Position numbers and translations under genes: made by a program. Below, in pieces: positions 37,008 to 46,363 of a stretch of 64,000 bases of DNA. The notes under the pieces were generated by a model. It had not been told where the DNA came from. It made no database searches and was given only the letters and a program-made list of their open reading frames with translations. The stretch covers positions 518-64,517 of the forward strand of contig VHDE01000013.1 in assembly GCA_016871515.1 (NCBI GenBank). The letters run 5' to 3'. The stretch comes from Verrucomicrobiota bacterium (GTDB lineage Bacteria > Verrucomicrobiota > Verrucomicrobiia > Limisphaerales > SIBE01). How positions within the stretch are numbered: position 1 is the stretch's first letter; each line of letters begins with the position of its first letter.

Positions 37008-37092
37008 AGTAGGGGGAATAAAAACCAAATCTGCGCGGAAGCAAGAGCTTTTTTCTGTCGTCACCACCAGGCATGGGCGCGTCCGTTCAGTT

Positions 37093-37163
37093 GTAGCGGC
37101 GTCTCGTAAGAGCGCCGCCAGCTTTGGCGGGAAGAATGCGGCGCTCTTACGAGACGCCGCCAC
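37093..37163. repeat. near-perfect 26-bp inverted repeat with 19-nt spacer ('gtagcggcgtctcgtaagagcgccgc')
   Basis: The arm at 37093-37118 matches the reverse complement of the arm at 37138-37163 in 25 of 26 positions. It lies between two co-directional minus-strand genes, so it could act as a terminator or RNA-stability hairpin. Confidence 0.65.
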
Positions 37164-37230
37164 AGCTAGAAAGGACGCTCCCTACACCAGGCATGGTCAG
37201 ACTGAGATGCGCACTTGAGTTGAGAAGCGC

Positions 37231-38232
37231 TTAGGGCCTGTTCGTCTCGAGCAATGCCAGCGTGGCCCAGCCTGTCGTGGAAAGGCGATGCGCATAGCTT
37301 TCGGCGCCGGGCGGCCGCGTCGTTTCGGGCCAACTGCCATCACTCTGTTGCAACTTGAGCAGAAAATTTCGGCCGCGACGAATCTGTTCTGCATTCGCTG
37401 GATTCGGAGGAACGCGTGCCAGCGCCAAGAGAACTATTGCCGTATCGAATGTCTCGGGCGGCGCAGTCGGAAACGGCCCCCAACCGCCGTCCGCCGATTG
37501 TCCGCGAGCAATCAAACTGAGACATTGATCGCGCTGCTGGACGGCCTCCGTATCCGAGGAGTTTTCCAGCGCGAGAAGAATTGCGGCCGCATCGAGGATG
37601 CTATTGATGGGCGCGCGACGCAGCCATCGTTCGCCCTTTTCGATGCTGGTTCGCAAGTGATCCGACTTGGCCGCTCGCAGAATCCGAAGCGCCACGTGCG
37701 TGGCCAGCGAGGGTCCGTACGTGATTGGAGAACCGACAGAATCGCTGCTGCCCACATGCCAAGCGCCGTCTTCAGCTTGCGATTCGATCACCAAATCAGC
37801 GGCGCGAACCAGAACACGACGATCTTTGATATGGCCAGTTTCAATCGCCGTTGTCAGAGCCGCCGCGAATTGGATTCGCGCCAGATGTTTGTCGCTAAAG
37901 CGCGGGTCACCTTTGTTGTCATCCCAACGATTCGGTTTGGTCAGCCACTCGATCGTATCGGCAGTTGTGCTGGCAGCTATTCGATAGGCCCGATGGCCGC
38001 CAACAAAGAGCGCTCGCGCCGCGTCGCCATTGTTGTGACAGGAAAAGCATCTGTTCTCGTGATGCCAGAGTGGGACCTCCTGACTCAAGAACGTGAGCGC
38101 TTTCTCCTCGGGCGTGGAGCTGCCAACGGTTCGGCCACTGTTCAACGAGGGGCCTGAGCGGCAGCCGACTAAAGCGAAACAAAAAACGAGCAAAGTTCCG
38201 CGACTGACACTTAATGCCTTTCGATATCCCAA
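37231..38232 (-). CDS. lipoprotein with CXXCH motif and prenyltransferase/squalene-cyclase-like (alpha/alpha toroid) repeats
   Basis: ORF 37231..38427, but codons upstream of 38232 are a translated REPIN. The TTG at 38232 gives MGYRKALSVSRGTLLVFCFALVGC, with lipobox LVGC. It carries CFSCHNNG plus repeated DGAW / DGGWG / DGSW motifs. Confidence 0.55.
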   Translation of the reverse strand: MGYRKALSVSRGTLLVFCFALVGCRSGPSLNSGRTVGSSTPEEKALTFLSQEVPLWHHENRCFSCHNNGDAARALFVGGHRAYRIAASTTADTIEWLTKPNRWDDNKGDPRFSDKHLARIQFAAALTTAIETGHIKDRRVLVRAADLVIESQAEDGAWHVGSSDSVGSPITYGPSLATHVALRILRAAKSDHLRTSIEKGERWLRRAPINSILDAAAILLALENSSDTEAVQQRDQCLSLIARGQSADGGWGPFPTAPPETFDTAIVLLALARVPPNPANAEQIRRGRNFLLKLQQSDGSWPETTRPPGAESYAHRLSTTGWATLALLETNRP

Positions 38233-38235
38233 CGT

Positions 38236-38371
38236 CGCAGCGCAGACTTTCAGTCTGCTGCATGGCAGAATGGCGATCGGGATGCCGCCCGCACTTTCCA
38301 GGACGCTCGAACTGCCGGGCGATTCGCAGAATGCAATTCTGCCATGCAGCAGACTGAAAGTCTGCGCTGCG
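38236..38371. repeat. 136-bp REPIN, 'gcagaCtttcaGtctgc' variant
   Basis: It has perfect 30-bp terminal inverted repeats, cgcagcgcagactttcagtctgctgcatgg and ccatgcagcagactgaaagtctgcgctgcg. It lies between the peroxidase stop and the next gene start. Confidence 0.85.
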
Positions 38372-38423
38372 ATGAAGACAAACGCCCTAGACACGCAAGG
38401 ACGGGCACACTTCGGCAAAGCGT

Positions 38424-40313
38424 TCATTCATAGTCTTCGTTCAAGGAACGCAGAAACGCCGAAAGCGGCGCAAGCGTTTCTTTGACCAAATGGATTCGAG
38501 CCATTTCGGGATCGCCGTTGCGAACTCTTTGCTCGCGGGCGAGGTCAGAAGTAAAACGATAAAAGAATATGACGGCTTCAATGGTCGATGATTGGCCGGT
38601 GTGCAGGTAGGGCGCCGAATGGCCAAGATCACGCAGTCCGGGCGTTTTGAAGAGAGCGACGGTTTTAGGCAGCAGATCACCGCTGGCATTCGACCCAAAC
38701 TGCGCGGAGAGCATCGCGTTAAGTGGCGCTTGCGACGCCGGAAAATCCGGGTTCGCGTACACATTCCACAACCCGAGATCAGCGAAACCCGGGGACTCTT
38801 TGATCGGCTGGAAAGCAAATCGACCGTTTGCGTTCGGATGCATTGCGGTCGGCGGGAGGAAATCGTTCGGCGCAGCCAAACGTTCCGAGAGACTTGGGAT
38901 GGGAATCTGCGCCAACGTTCCTTCACCGTGAACCGAGTCGTACTCCCACTGCGTTGCGCCGGTGTTGTGAAAACTGAAATCGGTAAAATGCGGCGCGGCG
39001 TGGCAGGCGACGCAATTGCCAATCTTGCCCGGGACAGACGATGGGTCGCCGGGCTCAGCGAGGAATATTTTGAAGCCCTGCAATTCGGTTGGTCCGAAGC
39101 CGAATTTTTGGGCGTGGGTTGTGAATAAACCGTCGTCTGCGGTAACAAATACAGGGGATTTCAAGTTTGCGACAAGCCTCAACAAACGGCGACTGTAGGC
39201 CTTGTCATCCTCGCCGGCTTGCGGGCGACGCGGAAGGGAGTTCTTCTTGAGGAAGAGGTCGTAAGGGCTGCCCACGTATTCTCCGGCGTCGTCGGTGGCA
39301 AAAGCGAGCGACTTGAGATAAGCGTCGACGAGCTTGGCAACGGATTCGAGAATCCCGGCGTTGCTGGCTTTGAAGACATCAATCCTGAACTGTTCAGGCA
39401 ATCTGAAGGCGCCGGGAATTGCTGGATCGGTTCCGGCAAAGACTGTTCGGTAGGCTCCGCCCGTTTTTCGACCGAGGGGGTCCTGACCATTATCTTCGCG
39501 GATGACTCGGGCGATATGACTCACCGCCTGAGCGTGTTCGGCCGGCAACCAACCAAAGTTGCGACCGGTCAATGTTCCCTTAACGAGGGCTTCTCCGTTT
39601 GGGAATTCGCCATCGAAGTGCAGGAAGAACGCTCCTGGGCGGGCGACGGACGCGTTGGCGAGAGCGGGCGAATTGCGCGCCGTGAAACGACGGCCATCGC
39701 CGCGATCTGGAATCGGCGAACGGATGGCGAAATCCGCGTTAGCACGGGTCCCGAGACCGCTCGAACTGTGTTCATTCACGAGGTGACAAGCGCGGCAATT
39801 CATCGATTGTCCGGCGAATGCGCCTGGTTCCGCCGTATTGACCGTGAGCGTCTTTTCCATGACTGGGTCACCGCCGTTCGCCAACGGAGCGTTCACATCG
39901 CCGCCATAGTGCGCGAAAAAGAACTGGGCGAAACGAGTTTCAGCAAAGAGGCGCTCCCCGATCGCCACCTCAGGAGGATCAGGTTTAGCGTTAGCTTCCG
40001 CAGCCGAAAAAGCCCGAAAGAAGAGTTGAGGAGAGGATAATGGAACAGCGAATGTCGTCCGGCCGTTCGTGTCGGCAATTTGGACGGGCCATGTGGTCCA
40101 GCGCTGGAAGTCTTCGGTGGACGAAATGCCATAAGCGACCCCACCGGTTCCGGACACTATCAGCTGAGCGGTGCGGTTCGAAGAAGCCAGAATGGAAAGC
40201 CCGGGCGCACCCGAAGCTGTCGAATGGCCGCCGAGCAACAGAGCACCGAGACCAATAGACCAGCTAAGCCCAACGAGATGGGGCATTATTGCTGACACCA
40301 AGCCGAAGCGCAC
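38424..40313 (-). CDS. di-heme cytochrome c peroxidase (CCP/MauG family), secreted
   Basis: 629 aa. Two CXXCH motifs (CRACHLVNEH, CVACHAAPHFTDFSFHNTG). It also has the conserved FKTPGLRDLGHSAPYLHTG block. Confidence 0.8.
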   Translation of the reverse strand: MRFGLVSAIMPHLVGLSWSIGLGALLLGGHSTASGAPGLSILASSNRTAQLIVSGTGGVAYGISSTEDFQRWTTWPVQIADTNGRTTFAVPLSSPQLFFRAFSAAEANAKPDPPEVAIGERLFAETRFAQFFFAHYGGDVNAPLANGGDPVMEKTLTVNTAEPGAFAGQSMNCRACHLVNEHSSSGLGTRANADFAIRSPIPDRGDGRRFTARNSPALANASVARPGAFFLHFDGEFPNGEALVKGTLTGRNFGWLPAEHAQAVSHIARVIREDNGQDPLGRKTGGAYRTVFAGTDPAIPGAFRLPEQFRIDVFKASNAGILESVAKLVDAYLKSLAFATDDAGEYVGSPYDLFLKKNSLPRRPQAGEDDKAYSRRLLRLVANLKSPVFVTADDGLFTTHAQKFGFGPTELQGFKIFLAEPGDPSSVPGKIGNCVACHAAPHFTDFSFHNTGATQWEYDSVHGEGTLAQIPIPSLSERLAAPNDFLPPTAMHPNANGRFAFQPIKESPGFADLGLWNVYANPDFPASQAPLNAMLSAQFGSNASGDLLPKTVALFKTPGLRDLGHSAPYLHTGQSSTIEAVIFFYRFTSDLAREQRVRNGDPEMARIHLVKETLAPLSAFLRSLNEDYE

Positions 40314-40478
40314 GAGCAGTCAGATTGCTCACCTGGGGCGAAGGAGTCCACAGTATTTTTGAACTTGTCGGCGCCAGCCATTCTAGGTGTGATGCTCCGT
40401 GTCTTTACCCACGAGACCGAATCCTAAGCAGGACGATGGTTCCGAACCGGGCCATAAAATTGGAGCATAGAAGATTGG

Positions 40479-40549
40479 AACAGAAGGCAACGAAGGAAAC
40501 AAAGATGAACCGAGCTACCTTTTCTTCGTTATCTTCGTTTCCCTCTGTT
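40479..40549. repeat. REP-like inverted repeat ('aacagaaggcaacgaaggaaac' family)
   Basis: The arm aacagaaggcaacgaaggaaacaaag matches the reverse complement of cttcgttatcttcgtttccctctgtt with about 5 mismatches in 26. It lies in the divergent intergenic region. Confidence 0.45.
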
Positions 40550-40616
40550 AATCCCAAGCAGGAGCGCGAAGCAGCCTTCCAATGTGGGCTGTTTTGATTA
40601 GCAAGCCTGAAGCATC

Positions 40617-41609
40617 ATGAAAACGCGATTACCGAACTTCGTTCTAATTTCTCTTTGTTTTTTTGGGGACTTGGCGGTATCGGCGCAAACGCCCGCGTCG
40701 CTCAAGATCGATTTGCCTGGGCGGCTGACAATCACAGGAGAGCCGGGCGCTGTTTACTCGATCGAATATGTGACGGACCTTTCCAAAACGAACGCTTGGC
40801 GCTGCCTTGACTTCCTTCAGTTGCCTTCCAGAACTCACACCTGGGTCGATTTAAGTTCGTCCAACGCCTCGCGGCGATTTTACCGAGCCGTCCGGCAAGC
40901 GCGGCCGGAAATGATATTCATTCCACCTGGCGCCTATCAAATGGGCAGCCCTGCGAACGAAGTCGGACGTGCTGAGGATGAAGGTCCGCAAACCGCGGTG
41001 ACGCTGTCAAAGGGTTTCTATATGGCCAAATACAAAGTTACCCAGCAGGATTATCAGTGGGTGATTGGCACTTATCCCAGCGTTTTTACGGGCGATGTCA
41101 AGAGGCCCGTGGAAACAGTGGACTGGCAAGACGCGGCCAATTACTCCGCTCAACTGACCAAACGCGAGCGAGCGGCCAGAGTCATACCACAGAACTGCGT
41201 TTATCGGCTGCCCACAGAAGCCGAATGGGAATATGCGTGTCGAGCGTCGACCACGACGCGGTTCAGCTATGGCGACGATCTGGATTACAAGATGTTAGCC
41301 AATTACGCGTGGTACGAAGATAACAGCAGCCACACTACACATGCCGTGGGTGAGAAACTGCCCAATCCATGGGGCTTATATGACATGCACGGGGGGCTTT
41401 GGGAATGGTGCCAGGATTGGTACGGCCCATATCCAGGCGGATCGGCCGTCGATCCACAAGGGCCCGCCACAGGTTCATATCGCGTTTATCGAGGGGGAAG
41501 CTGGGGTTGCGAACCGCCGCAATGCCGCTCCGCAACTCGCGGATACAATCCGGAAGGTGAAACGGGTTACGTTGGCTTCCGGGTCGTGCTGGCAATAGGG
41601 CAGCCGTGA
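40617..41609 (+). CDS. formylglycine-generating enzyme (SUMF1/FGE-sulfatase) family protein, secreted
   Basis: 330 aa. Motifs: [71 protein letters not shown]. Confidence 0.85.
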   Translation: MKTRLPNFVLISLCFFGDLAVSAQTPASLKIDLPGRLTITGEPGAVYSIEYVTDLSKTNAWRCLDFLQLPSRTHTWVDLSSSNASRRFYRAVRQARPEMIFIPPGAYQMGSPANEVGRAEDEGPQTAVTLSKGFYMAKYKVTQQDYQWVIGTYPSVFTGDVKRPVETVDWQDAANYSAQLTKRERAARVIPQNCVYRLPTEAEWEYACRASTTTRFSYGDDLDYKMLANYAWYEDNSSHTTHAVGEKLPNPWGLYDMHGGLWEWCQDWYGPYPGGSAVDPQGPATGSYRVYRGGSWGCEPPQCRSATRGYNPEGETGYVGFRVVLAIGQP

Positions 41610-42332
41610 GAAGGGAATGGTTCGGTTTGGTGGCGCCGCCCAAAATGGATCAGTCTCTGGTAACGTAGGAAATCGATAGCCCTGCGCGTGGCCGTCGCCA
41701 AATAACATAACAACCAAGCTTTTCCCTTTGTAGTTGTGCCAGATGCTGCGAGGACTTGTCCAACCGCGGTTCATGTGCCAAATCCAATCGCCCAGAATGA
41801 TTTTGTTCGCGGGACTGACGGCGATCTCTGTGGTGTTCATGGATCGTCCCGAATAATCGTTGGGTGAAAAGTTAACGTTGCCAAAGACACGTTTGACGCG
41901 CATTGCGTCGAACGACCATTCCATCAAATAGCTCGTTCCATATTGCACGTAACAGTTCGTGGAGTTGATGTTGACCCAACGCATTCCTTGCGAATCCCCT
42001 TTGTCAGCCGGACAACGAAATACCTCCGGCGTTCCCTGATAGCGATAAAGTGGCTTATTGGTCATATCCACAAAGAGATCGTAACGACCACTTTTCCCAC
42101 CCAACGATGCCCAATCCCGGCAAACGGGCAAAGTATCATTGAAGTCGTCGGCATACAGCGCCAAGGCAATGCCGATTTGTTGGTTATTGCTCAGCCACTT
42201 GGTCTGTTGTGCTTTGGACTTGGCCCGGGAGAGCGCCGGCAAAAGCATGCCGGCCAAAATTGCGATGATCGCAATAACGACCAAGAGTTCGATGAGCGTG
42301 AAGGCCGCACGCGGTTTGGATGGGGAATTCAT
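41475..42332 (-). CDS. prepilin-type N-terminal cleavage/methylation domain protein (H-X9-DG/DUF1559-like)
   Basis: 285 aa. Motifs: [29 protein letters not shown] and, near the C-terminus, [11 protein letters not shown]. The last ~45 codons overlap the convergent FGE gene. Confidence 0.75.
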   Translation of the reverse strand: MNSPSKPRAAFTLIELLVVIAIIAILAGMLLPALSRAKSKAQQTKWLSNNQQIGIALALYADDFNDTLPVCRDWASLGGKSGRYDLFVDMTNKPLYRYQGTPEVFRCPADKGDSQGMRWVNINSTNCYVQYGTSYLMEWSFDAMRVKRVFGNVNFSPNDYSGRSMNTTEIAVSPANKIILGDWIWHMNRGWTSPRSIWHNYKGKSLVVMLFGDGHAQGYRFPTLPETDPFWAAPPNRTIPFSRLPYCQHDPEANVTRFTFRIVSASCGAALRRFATPASPSINAI

Positions 42333-42656
42333 GAACGTTCCGTGGATGGTTGATTGGAGCTTTCGTGTAAATCAACCAGGCGCGTTCGGCAATAGATTTA
42401 TTTGGTTGAAACAAGTTTCACCAGGAACGACATCGTCACACGCCCTTCGCGCAATTGAATTCTTGGAACAGCAAACATGTGCGAATCTGGCGAATGGTTT
42501 GCGACGATTTGGATACAGGACCTAGTTTTGGCAGCGTTTCCGTGACAAACATATTGACTATTGGCGTGGTCTGTGACGAAATGCGTCGCATAATCCCGGC
42601 AGACAAGAACCGTTATCGGAACGACTCGGTATTGTAACGGAACACCAGGCTAGTTT

Positions 42657-45653
42657 ATGAAAACACGTTCACTCCCTAATATTCTCTCATTCGCACTATC
42701 GGCGTTGCTCGCCCTCACGAGCGTCCATGCCGCCGATCCAGTCATCAGCAATGCCCAAACAACTTCACTCGGCGTCGTCACCGGTGGTGATGCTGGTGAG
42801 GGGTTGGACCTGGAAGGAAACATTATTTATGCGCTCGCGATCGGCGCCGACGTCACCTTGGCGGTTCCCGTGCGCGGCGTCATATTCAAGGGCCTCATCA
42901 ACAGCGAGGTTCCAGGCGCCAACTTGGTCGCTGGGAACAGGATTCTGAATTGGTACAATCTCGATTACGGTGATTCGGTCAACGATGACAATCTCGAGTT
43001 GGCCACGCGCAGTATTCGGTGGAGCGCCGCGGGCGATGCGAATACGCCTCAGGTCATCCTGACACTGCAAAAAATCAAAGTGGGTGGGAAATACAAAGTG
43101 CAACTGATCTTTGGCGAACAATGTTGCAACCGTGGTTTCGACGTCTTCTTCAATGACGTGCTCGCTGTAAAGGATTTTAATCCCGGTGTTCAGCATGGTG
43201 GCATTGCTAATGGCACGCAGACAGCATTGATTACTCACGAATTGACCGCGACTGCTCCGACCTTGGTGCTGCGCCTCGATGGCCGCTCAGCCAGCAGCGA
43301 TTACCCAGATCACAACGCCATCTTTAATGCGATTACCGTCGAGGAAGTTTCAGCTCCTGGAGATTCGGATAATGACGGCTTGTCTGATGCTTGGGAGCAA
43401 CTTTATTTCAATAATCTCACCGCCATCGCCGGCGGCGATCCGGATGGCGACGGACTGACTAATGCGGAAGAACTTACGGCCGGCACAAATCCCACGCTCG
43501 CTGATACGGACAAAGACGGCCTCAATGACGGCCTCGAGGTCAAAACCCATAAGACCAACCCAGGCCGGGCCGATACAGACAATGATGGGCTCTCCGATTT
43601 TGACGAAGTCACGGTGCACAAGTCGGATCCGCTCAAGTCCGACGGCGATGGTGATCTATTGAGCGACGCAGCAGAGATCAACATACACAAAACCAACCCC
43701 GCCAAAGCCGACACAGACGGCGATGGTCTGAGCGATTATCACGAAATTCATTTCTTGACTGATCCATTGGTTGCTTCGACTAAACCATCCAAAACGGTTG
43801 CGAGCGTGTTCACAGGGCCGGGAGCGGGACAAGGTCTCGATTTCGCTGGGACATTTCCTTACGCCATCAGCTTCGGCAACGAACAACCGGGTGGACAAAT
43901 CGGAAATGCGTTGTTTACCTCGGACTCAGTGGACGGATTTACCGTTCTCGCATCTCAGGTTGCGAACAACTGGAACCAGGGTGTTAACTATGGCAGCACT
44001 CCTGAACAGGAGGTGTTGAGTTCCGTGATGGGCAGCATCCGCTGGAGCGACGCCGGCAATGCCACCACCGCCGATGTCACCGCTACCTTCTCGAAGCTGC
44101 AAGTGGGCGCGGCTTACAAGCTGCAGCTTCTGTTCGGCGAACGTCTCTGGGCTCGCGGCTTCAATGTCACCATCAATGGAAAACTGGTCGCCCGCGATTT
44201 CGCTCCGTTCCAATGGCAGGGCGGCTTTGTTGGGCCGGGCAATGCAACGCCACGAACCAACGGAGTCGTGATCACTCACAGCTTCATCGCGACCAGCACC
44301 GAGGCCGTAGTTGTTCTGGACGGCCGCCCAGTCAGAAATCCCGCCATGCCAGATCGCAACGCAATTATCAATGGCGCGACGCTCGAACGGGTTTCGCCCG
44401 CGGTTGACTCGGATAATGATGGTTTGTGGGATGCCTGGGAAATGGAGAACTTCGGCAACCTGACCCAAAACGGAACTGGTGATCCCGACAATGACGGTCT
44501 AAGGAGCTCCTTGGAGTTCACCGCCGGTTCCGACCCGAGCGTGGCTGATACTGATGGCGACGGTCTCAACGACGGTCAGGAAGTGAACACGACCAAGACC
44601 GACCCTGTAAGTGCTGACACCGATAAAGACCTTCTCAGCGATGGAGCCGAAATTAATATCTATAAATCAGATCCTCTGAAGGCCGATACCGATGGCGATG
44701 GCTTGGCGGACGGCGCGGAAGTGCTCACTCACAAGACAGATCCATTCAAAGCGGATACGGATGGCGACGGATCCAGCGACGGCAAAGAGGTAAACTTTGG
44801 CGGTAACCCAATCAAGGCCGAAGCCGCGACCAAGTTTAGCAACATCGAGATTAAGCCCATTAGTGGCGGCGATCCGGGCGAAGGTTTGGACCTCCAAGGC
44901 AACTTCGTCTACGCGGTTAATGTCAGCAGCGCCGGCGTGGCTGGCAAAGCCGGTGACGCCGATTTCACGGCTGATAATGCGGCGGGCGTTACCGTCACAG
45001 CGCCGAGCAATATTCCCAACTGGTCTAATCCGGCGTTCGGCGATACGGCGGCTGATAACGTCATCGAAAAGGTGAATCAATCGATCCGCTATGGCCCAAC
45101 CATGAGAGTCGAGCTCGCGAACATCGTGCCTGGCAGCACCTATAAACTGCAATTGATGTTCTACGAACAGTGCTGCGCCAATCGTGGGTTCAATGTTTAT
45201 GTCGATGGCGAAACTCTCGCGGCCGACTTCTCTCCGCCTGAGATTCAAGGCGGGGTGAACAATACAGCGGCAGCAGCTGCTATCTCCGCCGAAGTGGTGA
45301 CCCAACGCGACCGCATGACCATTGTGTTAACCACAATGGGACGGACCCGCGAGGATTTGACCGATCCAAATGCAATCCTCGACGGACTGACGCTGGAATT
45401 AATAAGACTGGGCGACGTTCCGGTTGCTGCTAAGGTCTCAAGCGTCAAGGCTGATGCGAGCGGCATTACGATCACCTTCGATTCAATCTCCGGCCGGCGT
45501 TATCAAGTCGAGTACCGGGAAAACGTCGCCACGGGCGCCTGGCAACCGGTCGGCAATCCTGTGACGGCCACGGGCGCGAGTTCGTCGTTCACGGATAATG
45601 ACGCGACTCGCCGAGCCCGCGGCCGAGGCTTCTATCGTATCCGCAGCCAATAG
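42657..45653 (+). CDS. large secreted protein: three malectin-like carbohydrate-binding modules separated by thrombospondin type-3-like Ca-binding repeats
   Basis: 998 aa with a signal peptide. Three paralogous ~200-aa modules (GEGLDLEGN..., YKVQLIFGEQCCNRGFDVFFNDVLAVKDFNP / YKLQLLFGERLWARGFNVTINGKLVARDFAP / YKLQLMFYEQCCANRGFNVYVDGETLAADFSP) resemble malectin. Runs of D.D.DGL.D..E repeats lie between them. Confidence 0.7.
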   Translation: MKTRSLPNILSFALSALLALTSVHAADPVISNAQTTSLGVVTGGDAGEGLDLEGNIIYALAIGADVTLAVPVRGVIFKGLINSEVPGANLVAGNRILNWYNLDYGDSVNDDNLELATRSIRWSAAGDANTPQVILTLQKIKVGGKYKVQLIFGEQCCNRGFDVFFNDVLAVKDFNPGVQHGGIANGTQTALITHELTATAPTLVLRLDGRSASSDYPDHNAIFNAITVEEVSAPGDSDNDGLSDAWEQLYFNNLTAIAGGDPDGDGLTNAEELTAGTNPTLADTDKDGLNDGLEVKTHKTNPGRADTDNDGLSDFDEVTVHKSDPLKSDGDGDLLSDAAEINIHKTNPAKADTDGDGLSDYHEIHFLTDPLVASTKPSKTVASVFTGPGAGQGLDFAGTFPYAISFGNEQPGGQIGNALFTSDSVDGFTVLASQVANNWNQGVNYGSTPEQEVLSSVMGSIRWSDAGNATTADVTATFSKLQVGAAYKLQLLFGERLWARGFNVTINGKLVARDFAPFQWQGGFVGPGNATPRTNGVVITHSFIATSTEAVVVLDGRPVRNPAMPDRNAIINGATLERVSPAVDSDNDGLWDAWEMENFGNLTQNGTGDPDNDGLRSSLEFTAGSDPSVADTDGDGLNDGQEVNTTKTDPVSADTDKDLLSDGAEINIYKSDPLKADTDGDGLADGAEVLTHKTDPFKADTDGDGSSDGKEVNFGGNPIKAEAATKFSNIEIKPISGGDPGEGLDLQGNFVYAVNVSSAGVAGKAGDADFTADNAAGVTVTAPSNIPNWSNPAFGDTAADNVIEKVNQSIRYGPTMRVELANIVPGSTYKLQLMFYEQCCANRGFNVYVDGETLAADFSPPEIQGGVNNTAAAAAISAEVVTQRDRMTIVLTTMGRTREDLTDPNAILDGLTLELIRLGDVPVAAKVSSVKADASGITITFDSISGRRYQVEYRENVATGAWQPVGNPVTATGASSSFTDNDATRRARGRGFYRIRSQ

Positions 45654-45679
45654 TTCACCTCCTGAGTTCGTTTGAACCT

Positions 45680-45707
45680 GAAGGGCATCGCAGCAGCGAT
45701 GCCCTTC
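45680..45707 (+). terminator. candidate intrinsic terminator hairpin
   Basis: A perfect 12-bp stem with 4-nt loop (gaagggcatcgc-agca-gcgatgcccttc) lies 27 nt after the stop at 45653. The downstream T-tract is weak (actttgt). Confidence 0.45.
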
Positions 45708-45729
45708 ACTTTGTACAATTGATCGTGGC

Positions 45730-45755
45730 AGGAGCGCAGCGTTTACGCTGCAGAG
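45730..45755. repeat. solo REP of the 'aggagcgcagcgtttacgctgcag' family
   Basis: aggagcgcagcgtttacgctgcagag matches the arms of the REPIN at 25942-26050. Confidence 0.5.
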
Positions 45756-46042
45756 TGACCGCATGACTGCGTTTGTTTCAAGTGATCGCCGGGCCAAGCT
45801 TGTTTCAGAGGCTAATGCAGACGCTGATCCCGTTTGGAAGATTTGTAAGCTCTTGGCCCGAAGGCCGGCGGCGCTGGCGTCCTCTTAATCGTAATCACAA
45901 CACTCAAAGCCTATGAAAATGGCCCCCAGTTCCCGCGCGTCTCGTCGCAACGCCAAGAACGCTCTCAAACTGAAGCAGCAATCCCGTCAGAAAGCCAAAG
46001 CTGGAGCGTGGGTCGTGGACATGGAAAAGCTCGAGCCGATCC

Positions 46043-46363
46043 ATGAGCCGGCGGACCCGCAAAGTCGTTAATCGCGCCGCCATGATTCTGGGCCTGGCAG
46101 CGGTGGCGGTGGGGCGCACCGACACTTGGCTCGGTCTGTTCTACCGACGCATCAAAGCCCGCAAAGGCGGACCAAAGGCGGTGACGGCCACCGCTCGAAA
46201 ACTGGGCTGCAGCATCTATCACATGCTCAAATACCAGGTCGAGTTCGTCGCGTTGGACATGGACAAGTACGTCGCTCAGGCCGAAGCTCACCGGCTTGGT
46301 TACTTGACGCGTGAAGCCAAAAAACTCGGATACCAACTCATTGAAATAGAACAGGCTGCTTAG
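46043..46363 (+). pseudogene. IS110-family transposase, C-terminal fragment only
   Basis: The 106-aa ORF ...LGLAAVAVGRTDTWLGLFYRRIKARKGGPKAVTATARKLGCSIYHMLK... matches the conserved C-terminal (Transposase_20) end of IS110-type transposases. No N-terminal DEDD domain is present upstream. Confidence 0.6.
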
